Shown: positions 10,948 to 22,217, counted from the first letter of the stretch. The stretch: 64,000 nt of DNA from Desulfosudaceae bacterium (GCA_963674745.2 CAXXDV010000001.1:1440001-1504000), one strand, 5' to 3'. Notes: generated by a model not told the origin, from the letters alone. Translations and numbers: made by a program.

Positions 10948-11760
10948 CTAAATACGTATCCGTTCCGGACAGGTAAAAACCAGCAGCTTCCTCTCCTGCG
11001 AGCAAAGCAGTGTCATGTTGACCGATTTGGCCAGCTCTGTTGCCAGATAGGTGGGGCGCGAAAGGCCGACCAGCACTTCCAGCCCCCCCCGGGCGGCTTT
11101 CTGGACCAGCTCGTAACTCAACCGGGAGGACATGACGCCTATGGCGGCCGAACCCATTTTGTTGTCCAGAAAAACCCGGCCGATGGCCTTGTCCAGAGCG
11201 TTATGACGGCCCGCGTCTTCAAAAACGGCCATTTGCCTGTTCCGGTCATCGAAAATCATTGCCGCATGGGCGCCCCGGGTTTTATCGTACAGGAACTGGA
11301 CCTTTGCCAGCATGGCCACGGCCGCGTTAACCTGATCGGCTGAGACCTTAATTCTTGTCGGCAACGATCGCAGAATCTGCTGCATGTCCCGGACCACTTC
11401 CTTGCCACAAATACCGCAACTGGTCTGGCTGACAAACCCCCTTCGTTCAAGCAGGTCGGCGACTAACACGCTACGAGCTTCGGTTAATGTGACGGTTGCC
11501 ACGTTCGTGCCTTCCTCTGTGCAGAAACTGGTGGTCACAATATCTTCCGGCCGGTCAACCAGCCCTTCAGCCAGGCAGAAACCAGCCACATGACAGGCTT
11601 CATCACCCGGGGTTCGCATGACCACGGCATATGGCTGGCCGTTAATCCGAATGGACAGCGGCTCCTCAACAATCAGGTCGGCCTGTTCAGTCGAGCGGAT
11701 ACTGTCTTTCAGGCTGATGACGGGCAGTGTCATCGATTTTTGCGGTATCGGTTGGCTCAT
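10948..11760 (-). CDS. fdhD: Formate dehydrogenase accessory sulfurtransferase
   Basis: EEPL, MRTPG, SCGICG, EDAGRHNALDKAIG, SSRLSYELVQKA. Confidence 0.93.
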   Translation of the reverse strand: MSQPIPQKSMTLPVISLKDSIRSTEQADLIVEEPLSIRINGQPYAVVMRTPGDEACHVAGFCLAEGLVDRPEDIVTTSFCTEEGTNVATVTLTEARSVLVADLLERRGFVSQTSCGICGKEVVRDMQQILRSLPTRIKVSADQVNAAVAMLAKVQFLYDKTRGAHAAMIFDDRNRQMAVFEDAGRHNALDKAIGRVFLDNKMGSAAIGVMSSRLSYELVQKAARGGLEVLVGLSRPTYLATELAKSVNMTLLCSQERKLLVFTCPERIRI

Positions 11761-11772
11761 GGACGAATGAAC

Positions 11773-12327
11773 TCAGCAGCGGTTACAGGTAAACTCATCA
11801 CACTCCCTTTCAGACAGCACTTCCATGCAGAACAGAATCCGCTGTTCTTTTTCGATGCGGTTTTCCGGCAGGGTGGCAAACGCCAGCGGATCCATCATAT
11901 CTGTCAGTTCCGCTTTTGAAAAAATGGCGTCTAGTCCTTCGGCAATGACTTTTCCGGTCAGGCTGTCCATGATGTGGGCGTCCTGCCCGTTGGAAACTAC
12001 GGCGTAAGGGATGATATGGGGTTCCACCAGGCGTGCCACTGCCAGTGTCGGCCGCTGGCGGGAAACAATGGCGCCGGGGCCGTAAATAACCGTCATCACC
12101 GCCTGTCCGTTTATACGGATGATAAAATCAACCCGCACGTTGCCCCTGTCACCGTCCACGGTCAGGGGCAGAACCGAACCGGTGGTAATCTCCTCCCGGC
12201 GATACCCTTTTTCATCCACCAGCAATCGTGCGATAGTCTGGCGGGCTCGCTCATCGTGGGTATCGGGCCGGGTTTCACCGGTAATGTAATCGGTCAGTTC
12301 GCCCAGGACCAGATGATGCTTTCCCAT
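11773..12327 (-). CDS. Stand-alone HsdR N-terminal-like (PD-(D/E)xK-type) domain protein
   Basis: DERARQ..LLVDEKGY, YAVVSNG. Confidence 0.65.
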   Translation of the reverse strand: MGKHHLVLGELTDYITGETRPDTHDERARQTIARLLVDEKGYRREEITTGSVLPLTVDGDRGNVRVDFIIRINGQAVMTVIYGPGAIVSRQRPTLAVARLVEPHIIPYAVVSNGQDAHIMDSLTGKVIAEGLDAIFSKAELTDMMDPLAFATLPENRIEKEQRILFCMEVLSERECDEFTCNRC

Positions 12328-12330
12328 GAT

Positions 12331-12723
12331 TTAAGCGTCCTTTTCGCCTGTTCCGACCAGGGGCAGCACCTTGGTTATTTTGAATATCACCAGAAATTTG
12401 GGGCCTTTTTCCATGTCTTTTTCCGGTGACAGGGAGCGCCGTTTCATTTCCTGTAACCGCTGTGAATCCTGTTCTTCGGACAGTTTCTCAAGGTAAAGCC
12501 GCTTGCCGGCATAGCCCAAGCCGTCCTCCTTGAACAGGAAGGCCGCCCGGGGGTTGCTCTGCAGGTTGTCATGGGTCAGCCGGTCGCGCATGATAAACGC
12601 GGCCGTGTTGTCTTCCATGATGTGCGGCCGGGAATATACGGCGGCGTTGACATTGCCGTCTTTGTCGGCGGTGGACAAAACGCCCAGTCCTTTGGTGTTT
12701 TCAAAATAGTCGTAAAGCGTCAT
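12331..12723 (-). CDS. Pyridoxamine 5'-phosphate oxidase-like FMN-binding protein
   Basis: GVLSTADKDGNVNAA, NLQSNPRA; start MTLYDYF at 12723. Confidence 0.85.
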   Translation of the reverse strand: MTLYDYFENTKGLGVLSTADKDGNVNAAVYSRPHIMEDNTAAFIMRDRLTHDNLQSNPRAAFLFKEDGLGYAGKRLYLEKLSEEQDSQRLQEMKRRSLSPEKDMEKGPKFLVIFKITKVLPLVGTGEKDA

Positions 12724-12727
12724 TATT

Positions 12728-13939
12728 TTATTCTCCTTTTTTATATCCCCAAACGGCATAAACCGGGTCTGAGACCGGTTGAGCCGGGAAATACTTGTCG
12801 TCAACCGGACGTGGATAACCCCTCATGGACCAGGTCTGGATCTTACCATATTTTTCGGAATGAAGGAAATATTCGGTTACCAGTCCCAGTCGTTCAAATT
12901 CATGGCAGTTTTGCCAGATGTCGATGGCCTTGGGTGGAAACCAGCGGTTGGAAAAGGTGACGATAAAAACACCGCCCGGCTTAAGTACCCGTGCCACTTC
13001 ATCAAAAACAGCCAAAGGTGAGACCAGGTATTCGATCGAGGCCGTGCAGGTGACGGCATTAAAGGCCGCGTCGGCAAAGGGCAGTTCAGGGTTAACATTT
13101 AAATCATGCACCACCTGTCCGGTCAGTTGCGGATTGGCCGCCAGCTCTTCCCGGTTAAGGCCCAGGCCGACGATCTGTTTAAATGAATTTTCCGCCGGCA
13201 GGTGAGCATTCCAACTGCTCATCAGGTCCAGCACAGCCCCGTCCGCCGGCAGCAGTCCGGTATAAAGACCGGTAATCAGTTGTCGGGCTTTGGCGTCAAT
13301 ATGGTTCACCATGCGGGGTGTCTCATAAAACACGGTGTCCGGACGGGTGTCCGGACGGTCGAACGATCCGTTTGCGAAAAAATCGGTTGGTTTTCCGTTC
13401 ATGCGGGCCTGCATACCAGGCCCGTCGCTGACGGTTTCCAGCCAGTCGACACTGGTTCCGCCCCGTTCGTCGACTTTATCAAACACGTGGTCGATGCTCA
13501 CGGACAGGGACAGGTCGCGGCCGGCCAGGGGGTGATTCAGGTTGGCTTCAAAGGCGGACCCGTCCGATCGGCCGTATCGAAACGGTATTATATTGTCCGG
13601 AAACACATTGGTCACGTCCTTCAACAGGCCTTTGGGATAAAACCGGCCATACCGAGGTGATACAACAGCACTTTTGATTTTGCCGTGAAACCGGTCAAGT
13701 GGCAGCGTCAACACCTGTTCGGGCTTGAACGCCGGTCGTCCTTCGGTCGGCACTTTGTCCAGGTGTATGGTTTCTCCTTTTTTTCGACCGACAAGATCCT
13801 GGTATAGTGTTTTTGGAAAATAATCCCGCCACAAATTAACTTTAGGGGCAAAAAAACAATCCGTGTGAGACACCTGATCGTGTTTCCATTTTAATTCAAA
13901 CTGCATAGATGCAAGCGCATCGGGCGTTATTTTATTCAT
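12728..13939 (-). CDS. SAM-dependent methyltransferase with FKBP-like N-terminal region
   Basis: LNHPLAG; FYETPRMVNHID, VLDLMSSW, FSNRWFPPKA. Confidence 0.85.
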   Translation of the reverse strand: MNKITPDALASMQFELKWKHDQVSHTDCFFAPKVNLWRDYFPKTLYQDLVGRKKGETIHLDKVPTEGRPAFKPEQVLTLPLDRFHGKIKSAVVSPRYGRFYPKGLLKDVTNVFPDNIIPFRYGRSDGSAFEANLNHPLAGRDLSLSVSIDHVFDKVDERGGTSVDWLETVSDGPGMQARMNGKPTDFFANGSFDRPDTRPDTVFYETPRMVNHIDAKARQLITGLYTGLLPADGAVLDLMSSWNAHLPAENSFKQIVGLGLNREELAANPQLTGQVVHDLNVNPELPFADAAFNAVTCTASIEYLVSPLAVFDEVARVLKPGGVFIVTFSNRWFPPKAIDIWQNCHEFERLGLVTEYFLHSEKYGKIQTWSMRGYPRPVDDKYFPAQPVSDPVYAVWGYKKGE

Positions 13940-14168
13940 ACCTACCTCTCTTTTTTAGTTGTCCTTAATTGTATATAAAGTAAGCATAAAATATGCCGAG
14001 TAAATGATCCCTTGAAAAAATTATGAACGATTTCAGCCGATGTGAAGAAAAGCGGTGGATCATGTCCTTGACAGACCCCCTGCGAAAACCGTAATCATGT
14101 AAAGGACGTTTTGCGAAAAAACAATAATGTTCGATTAAACGATCTTTCATTTGAAAGGGTAAATAAAG

Positions 14169-14945
14169 ATGAAACGATTTGCGTCTGCTCTGCTGGTCGG
14201 CCTGATGATTTTTTTGTCGGCCTGTTCGTCACTGCCAACGCGGGATACCATTACCCAGACATCTACCATTGACGCCCTTTTGGCCGGCGCTTACGACGGC
14301 AGCATGACCTGCCAGGAACTGCTGGAATACGGAGACCTGGGCATCGGCACTTTTGACCGCCTGGACGGGGAGATGGTGCTGGTGGACGGCTGTGTTTACC
14401 AGGTTCGGGCCGATGGCAAGGTGTATCAACCTGACGTGCAGGTCAAGACCCCGTTTGCTGCTGTGTGTTCTTTTTCAGCCGACCGGCCCGTTGTTTTTAA
14501 TCAGGGTGCGGACTATGAAAAAGTGAGGCAGATCCTGGACAAGTTGGTCCCCAACCAGAATGTTTTCTGCGCCATCAAAATGTCCGGGACGTTTACCCGC
14601 ATGCATACCCGCAGTGTACCGGCCCAGGACAAACCTTATCCGCCCCTGGCCGAGGTGACCCGTCATCAGCCTGAATTTCACATGGACAACATATCCGGCC
14701 AGATCGTTGGCTTCCGTTGCCCGGCCTATGTCAAGGGCATCAACGTGCCCGGCTATCATCTCCATTTTCTCAGTGATGACCGGACATGCGGCGGTCATAT
14801 TCTCGGTTTTGAAATCGCAAGGGCCGAAGGCGCGGTGGATGTGTGCGACCGTTTTCTGCTGCTTCTGCCCCGGCAAGATGAAATGTTCGGGGCTGTCGAC
14901 CTGACCAAAGATCGCGCCGCCGAACTGGAGGAAGTGGAGCAATAG
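14169..14945 (+). CDS. budA: Alpha-acetolactate decarboxylase (lipoprotein-like signal)
   Basis: QTSTIDALLAGAYDG, GIGTFDRLDGEM, GYHLHF, GGH. Confidence 0.9.
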   Translation: MKRFASALLVGLMIFLSACSSLPTRDTITQTSTIDALLAGAYDGSMTCQELLEYGDLGIGTFDRLDGEMVLVDGCVYQVRADGKVYQPDVQVKTPFAAVCSFSADRPVVFNQGADYEKVRQILDKLVPNQNVFCAIKMSGTFTRMHTRSVPAQDKPYPPLAEVTRHQPEFHMDNISGQIVGFRCPAYVKGINVPGYHLHFLSDDRTCGGHILGFEIARAEGAVDVCDRFLLLLPRQDEMFGAVDLTKDRAAELEEVEQ

Positions 14946-15179
14946 AAGGGTTCGAGGATTCGAGGGAAGTGGCAGGCCTTGGTTTAAGGCCGTTTTCACA
15001 TGTATCGGCTGGCCGGATCCGATGCAGTGTTACCTTTGACTGCGGAGAGAAATAAGTTGACGGAATTCAACCCCCTAGAACCCTTGATCCCTCGAATCCC
15101 TGAACCCTTTTCAACAGTTGAATAACAGAAAGAGCGGATTTTTAAAAAAACACTATTATAAATCGTCAGGAGGCAAAAA

Positions 15180-16367
15180 ATGGGAAAAGATGTTTTTGTG
15201 GTCAGCACCGCCCGTACCCCGGTTGGCAAACGCAACGGTTACCTGCGGGAATGGATCGCGCCGGAACTGCTGGGGCATGTGCTGGACGCGGCTGTTGACA
15301 AGATTGACCTGGATCCGGAACTGGTCGAGGATGTCATTACCGGCTGTGTTTACCAGGTGGGTGAACAGGGTTTTACCATCGCCCGCATGGGCGTCTTTGC
15401 TTCTGAAAAACTGGACTCAGACAAGGTGCCGGGCATTTCGATCAACCGGCAATGCGGCAGCAGCCTGTCGGCCGTTACCATGGCCTACGCCCTGATCAGG
15501 TCCGGCGTGCATGATGTCGTTATTGCCAGTGGCTGTGAAACCATGACCAAGTATGGCATTGCCTCGGATACCGGCGGCACGCTCATGAACGGTCAGCCTA
15601 TGGGCAGTCCCTATCACGCCTTTTACATGAAAGCCGTCAACAACGAGCTTCGCGACCAGATGCAGTGCGCCCAGCAGATCGCCAAAGAGTACAACGTCAC
15701 CCGGGAGGAATGCCTGGATCTGGCCGTGGCCAGCCACCGGAAAGCCGCTCATGCCGCAGACGCAGGATATTTTGACAATGAAATCGTGCCGACCAAAGGC
15801 AAAGACAAAGAAGGTATTGAAATCGTCGTCACCCGGGACGAAACCATCCGCCCGGACACCACTGCCGAAAAAATCAAAAACCTGCCGCCGGTTTCCGGAA
15901 CCGAATGGGTTTCGGCCGGTGTTTCCAGCCCGGTCACCGATGGGGCTTCGGCCTTGGTCCTGATGAGCGGAGAAAGAGTCAAAAGCCTGAACCTGACACC
16001 CCTGGCCCGCGTGGCTTACAATGCGGTTACCGGTTCGGAGCCAAGATTGATGCTGACCGGCCCGGTGGATGTGTGGCCGAAAATGATCGCCGCCTCGGGT
16101 CTGAATAAGGAGGACATCGGCCTGTTTGAGGTCAATGAAGCCTTCGCGCCCATTCCCCTGGCCTTTACCAAAACATACGATATTCCGCTGGAAAAGCTCA
16201 ATGTCAACGGCGGCGCCCTGGCCCTGGGCCACCCGGTGGGCAACTCCGGCGCGCGCATCAGCTGCACCCTGATCAATGAAATGAGACGACGGCAGGAGCG
16301 TTATGGTTACGTCACCCTGTGTACCGGCGGCGGCATGGCCCCGGCCGTTATTTACGAGCGGGCCTGA
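15180..16367 (+). CDS. Thiolase (acetyl-CoA acyltransferase)
   Basis: NRQCGSS, NEAFA, GGALALGHPVG, CTGGG. Confidence 0.95.
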   Translation: MGKDVFVVSTARTPVGKRNGYLREWIAPELLGHVLDAAVDKIDLDPELVEDVITGCVYQVGEQGFTIARMGVFASEKLDSDKVPGISINRQCGSSLSAVTMAYALIRSGVHDVVIASGCETMTKYGIASDTGGTLMNGQPMGSPYHAFYMKAVNNELRDQMQCAQQIAKEYNVTREECLDLAVASHRKAAHAADAGYFDNEIVPTKGKDKEGIEIVVTRDETIRPDTTAEKIKNLPPVSGTEWVSAGVSSPVTDGASALVLMSGERVKSLNLTPLARVAYNAVTGSEPRLMLTGPVDVWPKMIAASGLNKEDIGLFEVNEAFAPIPLAFTKTYDIPLEKLNVNGGALALGHPVGNSGARISCTLINEMRRRQERYGYVTLCTGGGMAPAVIYERA

Positions 16368-16395
16368 TTTTGATGATAAAGGCATTCCGTTTTAA

Positions 16396-16465
16396 GCAGG
16401 GGCAAGGCACGCCGTGCCCGATTGCGGGGCACGTTCATTCAGGGCACGGCACGCCGTGCCCCTAC
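16396..16465. repeat. Inverted pair of REP-like palindromes
   Basis: GCAG-GGGCAAGGCACGCCGTGCCC and inverted GGGCACGGCACGCCGTGCCC-CTAC (GTAG foot on minus strand); related GGGCGACCCGCCGGTCGCCC near 19526. Confidence 0.6.
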
Positions 16466-16556
16466 CGGACCAACGGGGACTGGGGCAGGAGACAGGCAAC
16501 AGGTTAAAATTTTGGTTGCCGGTGCAGGGACAAAGGCCATGCACCGACATGTTTAT

Positions 16557-16892
16557 TCAGTCAAAATTAAGGACCATGCTGTCCCGGGCAATATAGGGCC
16601 GGTGCGGCAGGCCGGCGGCCCGGGCCACATATCCCGGAGCGGCCAGGCCGGAATCAAAGCTGGCATAGTCCACAAAGGTGCGGCCGTCGATTCTGACCTT
16701 CATGCCGGAGAACGGGGCTTTTAAAGGAACAACCACATCGGCCGAACGAAGTTGATCCGGCAGATCGTTTACACCCATCTGTTGGGCTTCTCTGCCAATG
16801 TTCACTTCCAGGTAGTGCCGTCCTGAATTCATAATATGGTCACTATATTTTTTACTGATACGATCCAGTATCTGTTTGAGTTGTTTGTTCAT
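16557..16892 (-). CDS. Hypothetical protein
   Basis: 111-aa ORF with GGAGG RBS. Confidence 0.75.
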   Translation of the reverse strand: MNKQLKQILDRISKKYSDHIMNSGRHYLEVNIGREAQQMGVNDLPDQLRSADVVVPLKAPFSGMKVRIDGRTFVDYASFDSGLAAPGYVARAAGLPHRPYIARDSMVLNFD

Positions 16893-17091
16893 GATCGCCC
16901 TCCATATATTACGCGTTTGCGTTTTATCTTTAGCCCTGGCTTACATGCTCTGTAAATTCTAACATAAGCCTGCTTTTTCGCCGTTCAAGGGGCTCGCAAA
17001 AAATACCTATCAATTTAATCGGATTAATTGCCTTGCCGTTTGGTAAAAGGGGATTATGTTTGGACTAAGATTTGCTTGAAAGGACATAATT

Positions 17092-18201
17092 ATGAAATAT
17101 TACATAAACATATTATTGATGGTGGTGATCATGATGACCATAAAAGCAGGCGGTCTTTCTGCCCAAAGCGCCGCTCAGGAAAATAAGGATAAAAAAACAG
17201 ACACTTCAACAGAAACCGCCACTTTTGCCGGCGGATGCTTCTGGTGCATGGAACCGCCTTTTGAGGCCCTGGACGGGGTTTTGTCGGTCAGGTCCGGTTA
17301 TACCGGCGGTCATGAGGTCAACCCAACTTACGAGCAAGTCTCGTCAGGGAAAACCGGTCATGTGGAAGCGATTCAGATTGTTTTTGATCCCGAAAAGGTT
17401 TCCTACGACCAACTGCTTGACGTGTTCTGGCGGCAGATCGATCCAACCGACGGCGGCGGCTCTTTTGTAGATCGTGGTAATCAATACCGGTCGGCGATTT
17501 TTTATCATAATGATCGACAAAAAAAGTCGGCTGAAGTCTCCAAACAGGCGTTGGAACAAAGCGGCCGTTTTGATCAGCCGGTGGTAACAAAGATTCTGCC
17601 ATACCTGGAATTCTACGCTGCCGAAGAATACCACCAGGATTATTACAAAAAAAATTCCATACGGTATAAGTTCTACCGCTGGAATTCCGGCCGGGATCAG
17701 TTCATTAAAAAGGCCTGGAACGACGGATCGCAACCGGAAAGCGAAAAAAAGTCGAAGACTACATACAGCAAACCCCCGGATGATGAACTGCGGCAGAAAC
17801 TGACCGACCTCCAGTATGCGGTGACACAAAAAGATAAAACCGAACCACCGTTTGATAATACTTACTGGAACAATAAGGAAGCGGGGCTTTATGTGGATGT
17901 CGTTTCAGGTGAACCGCTTTTTTCTTCAGCCGACAAGTTTGATTCCGGGACCGGCTGGCCCAGCTTTACCCGGCCGGTGAGGCCGGACGCGGTAGTTGAA
18001 AAAGAAGACCGCGCGTTGTTTACGACACGAACGGAAGTCAGGAGCCGCCATGCGGATTCCCACCTGGGACATGTCTTTAACGACGGACCGCCGCCGACGG
18101 GTTTGCGCTACTGTATCAATTCAGCGGCGTTGCGGTTTATTCCCCTGGCCGATCTTGAAAAAGAAGGGTATGGGGAATTAAAAAAGGTATCAGGGTTTTA
18201 A
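17092..18201 (+). CDS. msrAB: Exported methionine sulfoxide reductase MsrA/MsrB fusion
   Basis: [28 protein letters not shown]. Confidence 0.96.
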   Translation: MKYYINILLMVVIMMTIKAGGLSAQSAAQENKDKKTDTSTETATFAGGCFWCMEPPFEALDGVLSVRSGYTGGHEVNPTYEQVSSGKTGHVEAIQIVFDPEKVSYDQLLDVFWRQIDPTDGGGSFVDRGNQYRSAIFYHNDRQKKSAEVSKQALEQSGRFDQPVVTKILPYLEFYAAEEYHQDYYKKNSIRYKFYRWNSGRDQFIKKAWNDGSQPESEKKSKTTYSKPPDDELRQKLTDLQYAVTQKDKTEPPFDNTYWNNKEAGLYVDVVSGEPLFSSADKFDSGTGWPSFTRPVRPDAVVEKEDRALFTTRTEVRSRHADSHLGHVFNDGPPPTGLRYCINSAALRFIPLADLEKEGYGELKKVSGF

Positions 18202-18255
18202 AGTTTTAGGTTTTATGTGATTAAGTAATCAGGGGCTTACTAGGGGAGGCTTGGT

Positions 18256-19506
18256 ATGAATGATAAGCATACATCACAGGCGTTGATTAATCAGCCGTTT
18301 ACGTTGCCCTGCGGGCAGACCATCAAAAACCGGCTGATGAAATCGGCCATGTCAGAAGCGCTGGGTACGACCGACAATCATGTTACCCCCGGGCTGGTCA
18401 CGCTTTACGACCGCTGGGCGCGGGGCGGCATCGGCCTGCTGGTGACCGGTAATGTCATGGTGGATCCAAAGGCGTTGGGTGAACCCAACAACGTGGCTGT
18501 CGAGGATGATCGGGACATGGACCTGCTCCAGGCCTGGGCCCGGGCCGGTACGCAGAACGATACCCGGCTCTGGGTGCAGCTGAATCATCCCGGCAAACAG
18601 GTACCAAAGGGCTTAAACGCCGAAGCCGTGGCACCTTCGGCCGTTCCTTTCAAAAAGGCCCTGAGCCGGTTTTTTGATACCCCCCGCGAACTCACTGAAA
18701 ACGAAATCCGCGAACTTGTCGAGCGGTTCGGCCGCACCGCCGAAATTGTCAAGACCGCCGGGTTTACCGGTGTTCAGATTCACGGCGCCCATGGTTACCT
18801 GGTCAGCCAGTTTCTTTCCCCACACCACAACCAGCGTGACGATCAATGGGGCGGTAGCCCTGAAAACCGCCGCCGCTTTCTGGTGGAAATTTTCCGGCGT
18901 ATCCGCAAAGGCGTCGGGCCGGACTTTCCGGTGGCCGTCAAGCTGAATTCCGCCGATTTCCAGCGGGGCGGTTTTACCGAAGAAGAATCCCTGACCGTTA
19001 TTCAGACCCTGGCCGACGAAGGGGTGGACCTGGTGGAAATTTCCGGCGGCAACTATGAGGCCCCGGCCATGAGTGGTCGAAAAGCAGCCGAAAGCACCCG
19101 ACAACGGGAGGCCTATTTTCTGGAATTTGCCGGCAAGGTCAGGAACCGGATTGATCTGCCTTTGGCCGTGACCGGCGGGTTCCGAACCGCCGCGGCCATG
19201 GGGGCGGCCCTGGCTGAAGGGCACCTGGACATGATCGGATTGGCCCGGCCCCTGGCGGTTGATCCGGATTATCCGGAAAAAATACTGGCCGGCCGGCCGC
19301 CGACGGTGACCATCCGCCCGATTTCCACCGGCATCAAAGCTGTTGACCGGATGGCCCTGATGGAGGTGGCCTGGTACAGCCGGCAGCTTCATCGTATGGC
19401 CAAAGGAAAAAATCCCCGGCCGGATGAAAGCGGCCTGTCGTCTTTTATCAAGACAGTGTTTACCAGCGGATACCGGACCTTCAAGACCCGTCGTCTTCGC
19501 GCCTGA
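18256..19506 (+). CDS. NADH:flavin oxidoreductase (Old Yellow Enzyme family)
   Basis: KSAMSE, QIHGAHGYLVSQFLSP, KLNSADF. Confidence 0.93.
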   Translation: MNDKHTSQALINQPFTLPCGQTIKNRLMKSAMSEALGTTDNHVTPGLVTLYDRWARGGIGLLVTGNVMVDPKALGEPNNVAVEDDRDMDLLQAWARAGTQNDTRLWVQLNHPGKQVPKGLNAEAVAPSAVPFKKALSRFFDTPRELTENEIRELVERFGRTAEIVKTAGFTGVQIHGAHGYLVSQFLSPHHNQRDDQWGGSPENRRRFLVEIFRRIRKGVGPDFPVAVKLNSADFQRGGFTEEESLTVIQTLADEGVDLVEISGGNYEAPAMSGRKAAESTRQREAYFLEFAGKVRNRIDLPLAVTGGFRTAAAMGAALAEGHLDMIGLARPLAVDPDYPEKILAGRPPTVTIRPISTGIKAVDRMALMEVAWYSRQLHRMAKGKNPRPDESGLSSFIKTVFTSGYRTFKTRRLRA

Positions 19507-19654
19507 TTCCCGGGGCCGGATCAAAGGGCGACCCGCCGGTCGCCCTATTCCCCTTGAACCCTCGACCCCTTGAATCCTGGAACCCTTTTGAGGTCTGAGT
19601 TGAATCAGGGCAGGAATAAAACAATCATATCCTTGCTGGAAAGGAAAAACGTTT

Positions 19655-20479
19655 ATGAAAGTATTTCACCTGGATTGCGGTACCATGAGTCCGTTGGGGG
19701 GCAGGCTGTTGAACCGGAGCCCGGCAAAGGTTGTCTGTCATTGCCTGCTGATCGAAACAGACAAAGAACTGATTATGGTGGACGGGGGTGTGGGCACGGC
19801 GGATATGAAGAACGTCCGGCGGCTGGGCCCCATGCGGTTTCTGTTGAACCTTAAGCGGGATGTGAATGATACCGCGGCCGAACAGATCAAAAAACTGGGT
19901 TATCGCGCGGAAGATGTCCGGCATATTATGATCACGCATCTGGATCTTGACCATGCCGGGGGGCTGCCGGATTTTCCCGAAGCGTCCGTTCATGTTCTGC
20001 GACCGGAATACGAGGCCGCCATGCACCCGAAGCATTTCAAAGAACGGGAACGCTATCGGCGCTGTCATTTTACACATGATCCCCGCTGGGTTGTTTATGA
20101 TACGCCGGCCCGGGAAGACTGGTTTGGTTTAAACTGCATTGCCGAAGACGACCGGCTGCCGGAAGGCATTGTCCTGGTGCCGCTGCCGGGGCATACCCGG
20201 GGACATTGCGGCGTGGCCATAAAGACGCCGGACCGCTGGCTGCTTCATGCCGGAGACGCCTATTATCATGAACGCCGGATGGAACCGTCAGGCGGGTGCA
20301 CGCCCGGGTTTATCGCGTTTGAATATTTTGCCCATATCAATCACCGGCAGGCCATGGCGCAGGTTAAGTACTTGCGGAACCTGGTCAACAGCCATAAGGA
20401 CGAGGTCGAAGTGTTCTGTACCCATGACCCGAATGAACTGGAAAAATTAAGTAAAAAACCGGCCGCCGTCTCGATCTGA
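19655..20479 (+). CDS. Metallo-beta-lactamase fold hydrolase
   Basis: THLDLDHAGG, PGHTRGH, AGDA, THD. Confidence 0.9.
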   Translation: MKVFHLDCGTMSPLGGRLLNRSPAKVVCHCLLIETDKELIMVDGGVGTADMKNVRRLGPMRFLLNLKRDVNDTAAEQIKKLGYRAEDVRHIMITHLDLDHAGGLPDFPEASVHVLRPEYEAAMHPKHFKERERYRRCHFTHDPRWVVYDTPAREDWFGLNCIAEDDRLPEGIVLVPLPGHTRGHCGVAIKTPDRWLLHAGDAYYHERRMEPSGGCTPGFIAFEYFAHINHRQAMAQVKYLRNLVNSHKDEVEVFCTHDPNELEKLSKKPAAVSI

Positions 20480-20498
20480 GGTGGTCTAGACAGGTTTT

Positions 20499-21242
20499 TT
20501 ATTTCAGCTTTTTTTGTGCTTCCCGGGCTATCTCGAGGTAGAAGGCGCCGCAGCCCTTCATGGCTTTATCCAGAATCTCCTTTGCCTCCTGTTTGTTCTC
20601 TTTGCCGCCCAGGTCCGCCAGCAGGTCGGCGATAAGCACCATGGTGTTGGGGTCTTTGCCGTAAAAAGGTGTGGCCTGATATTCGCGGTAATAGGCCAGG
20701 GATTTTTCCGTGTTTTTCAGGGGCCAGGGCAGCTGGTGCCAGAAGCGGGCCAGGGAAATCATCACATCCCCTTCTTCATAATTCGGGTCCATTTCATAGA
20801 CTTTTTCAAAGTTTTTCTGGGTTTTGTTTTTCAGCCCTGCGGTGATAGCCCCGAAAATACTGACACCGAATGAATACATGCCGGCATTAAAAGCAAAAAA
20901 ATAACAGCCTTCGATTTTATCCGGCTCCAGTTCCATTGCTTTTTCGGCATATGCCATGCCCTTTTTCGCTTCTGTTTTGCAGTCCTCTTGCCAGCCGGGT
21001 ACCATATGTTCCTGAAGGCCGTGGGTATAATAGGCATAGGCCCGGGCAAGTCGCCAGTTGGCTTCGTAGCTGTCGGGCGCTTCCGTCACGGCTTTTAAAC
21101 CGAGTTCAATGGCTTTTTTCTGATTTTCATAACCCCCGGCGCTGTTCAAGGCGTCCATTTTGTCGAGCAAGGGATTGGCGCCTGCGATAACAGGCATCAC
21201 CAGGGCCAGAATGATCGGCAGAAGATATCGGACCTTCTTCAT
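20499..21242 (-). CDS. Exported helical-repeat (TPR-like) protein
   Basis: Signal peptide; YEANWRLARA..; helical repeats. Confidence 0.75.
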   Translation of the reverse strand: MKKVRYLLPIILALVMPVIAGANPLLDKMDALNSAGGYENQKKAIELGLKAVTEAPDSYEANWRLARAYAYYTHGLQEHMVPGWQEDCKTEAKKGMAYAEKAMELEPDKIEGCYFFAFNAGMYSFGVSIFGAITAGLKNKTQKNFEKVYEMDPNYEEGDVMISLARFWHQLPWPLKNTEKSLAYYREYQATPFYGKDPNTMVLIADLLADLGGKENKQEAKEILDKAMKGCGAFYLEIAREAQKKLK

Positions 21243-21441
21243 AAATGGTTCCTCCAGATAAAAGGATTAAGGTGTATAATAGGAGCATAATCATAAAATT
21301 TTGTCATATTCTTAGATACAAGAAGTTGACTCAACAGTCAATAAATAATCAATTGCATATTGGCTGTGGTGATGATAACCTGCCGTTAACCGTCTTTAAC
21401 AGACTGCTTTTCTAACCGTTCGACACTGAAAGGAGCCGATC

Positions 21442-22197
21442 GTGAAACCCATTATCCGTGGCATGGCCATTATTTGTTTAAGTTTGTTTATTTGTAGTTG
21501 TCAGAACGACAGTTCGATAGCGCAGGAAAAAGCAGGTGATGAGCCTGTCGCCCTACAGACCGAAAAAGAAAAAGTCAGCTATATCATAGGCAGCAATATG
21601 GCTATGTCGTTGATGAGCATCAAGGATGAAATCGATTTGGATCTGGTGAAAAAAGGGTTGGAAGACAAAATGTCGGATCAGCCGAGCCTGGTTGACGAAG
21701 AAGACGCTATTTCTATTATGCAGGCCTTTGCCCAGAAAATGAAGGCTAAAATGATGCAGGAGACAATGGCACAGGCTGAAGCCAACCTTACCGAGGGACA
21801 GGCGTTTCTTGAAAAAAACAAGGCTAACGAAGGGGTGGTGACGACGGACAGCGGTCTGCAGTACAAGGTTATCAAAAAAGGGGACGGCCCCAAACCCACC
21901 GCGGCAGATACGGTTAACGTCAATTATGAAGGCACCACTATTGACGGCAAAATTTTTGACAGCTCATATCGCCGGGGGCGGGCGGCAACCTTTCCGGTCA
22001 AGCAGGTCATTTCCGGCTGGCAGGAAGCGCTGCAGCTGATGCCTGTCGGCAGTAAATATAAATTGTATATTCCGCCGGATCTGGCTTATGGCGCACAGGG
22101 ACAGGGCGCGCAGATCGGGCCGAATGCCGTCCTGATATTTGATGTGGAACTGATGGATATCGTCAAGGCCGATGAAGAAGAGAAACCGTCTGAATAG
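21442..22197 (+). CDS. FKBP-type peptidyl-prolyl isomerase (FkpA/Mip-like lipoprotein)
   Basis: SGLQY, YEGTTIDGKIFDSS, VISGWQEAL, IPPDLAYG. Confidence 0.94.
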   Translation: MKPIIRGMAIICLSLFICSCQNDSSIAQEKAGDEPVALQTEKEKVSYIIGSNMAMSLMSIKDEIDLDLVKKGLEDKMSDQPSLVDEEDAISIMQAFAQKMKAKMMQETMAQAEANLTEGQAFLEKNKANEGVVTTDSGLQYKVIKKGDGPKPTAADTVNVNYEGTTIDGKIFDSSYRRGRAATFPVKQVISGWQEALQLMPVGSKYKLYIPPDLAYGAQGQGAQIGPNAVLIFDVELMDIVKADEEEKPSE

Positions 22198-22217
22198 AAG
22201 CGGTTGTTGAGAAAATT

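Noticed and set aside
11773..12327. Type I restriction-modification system
   Set aside because: Only a stand-alone HsdR-N-like domain; no hsdM, hsdS or helicase nearby
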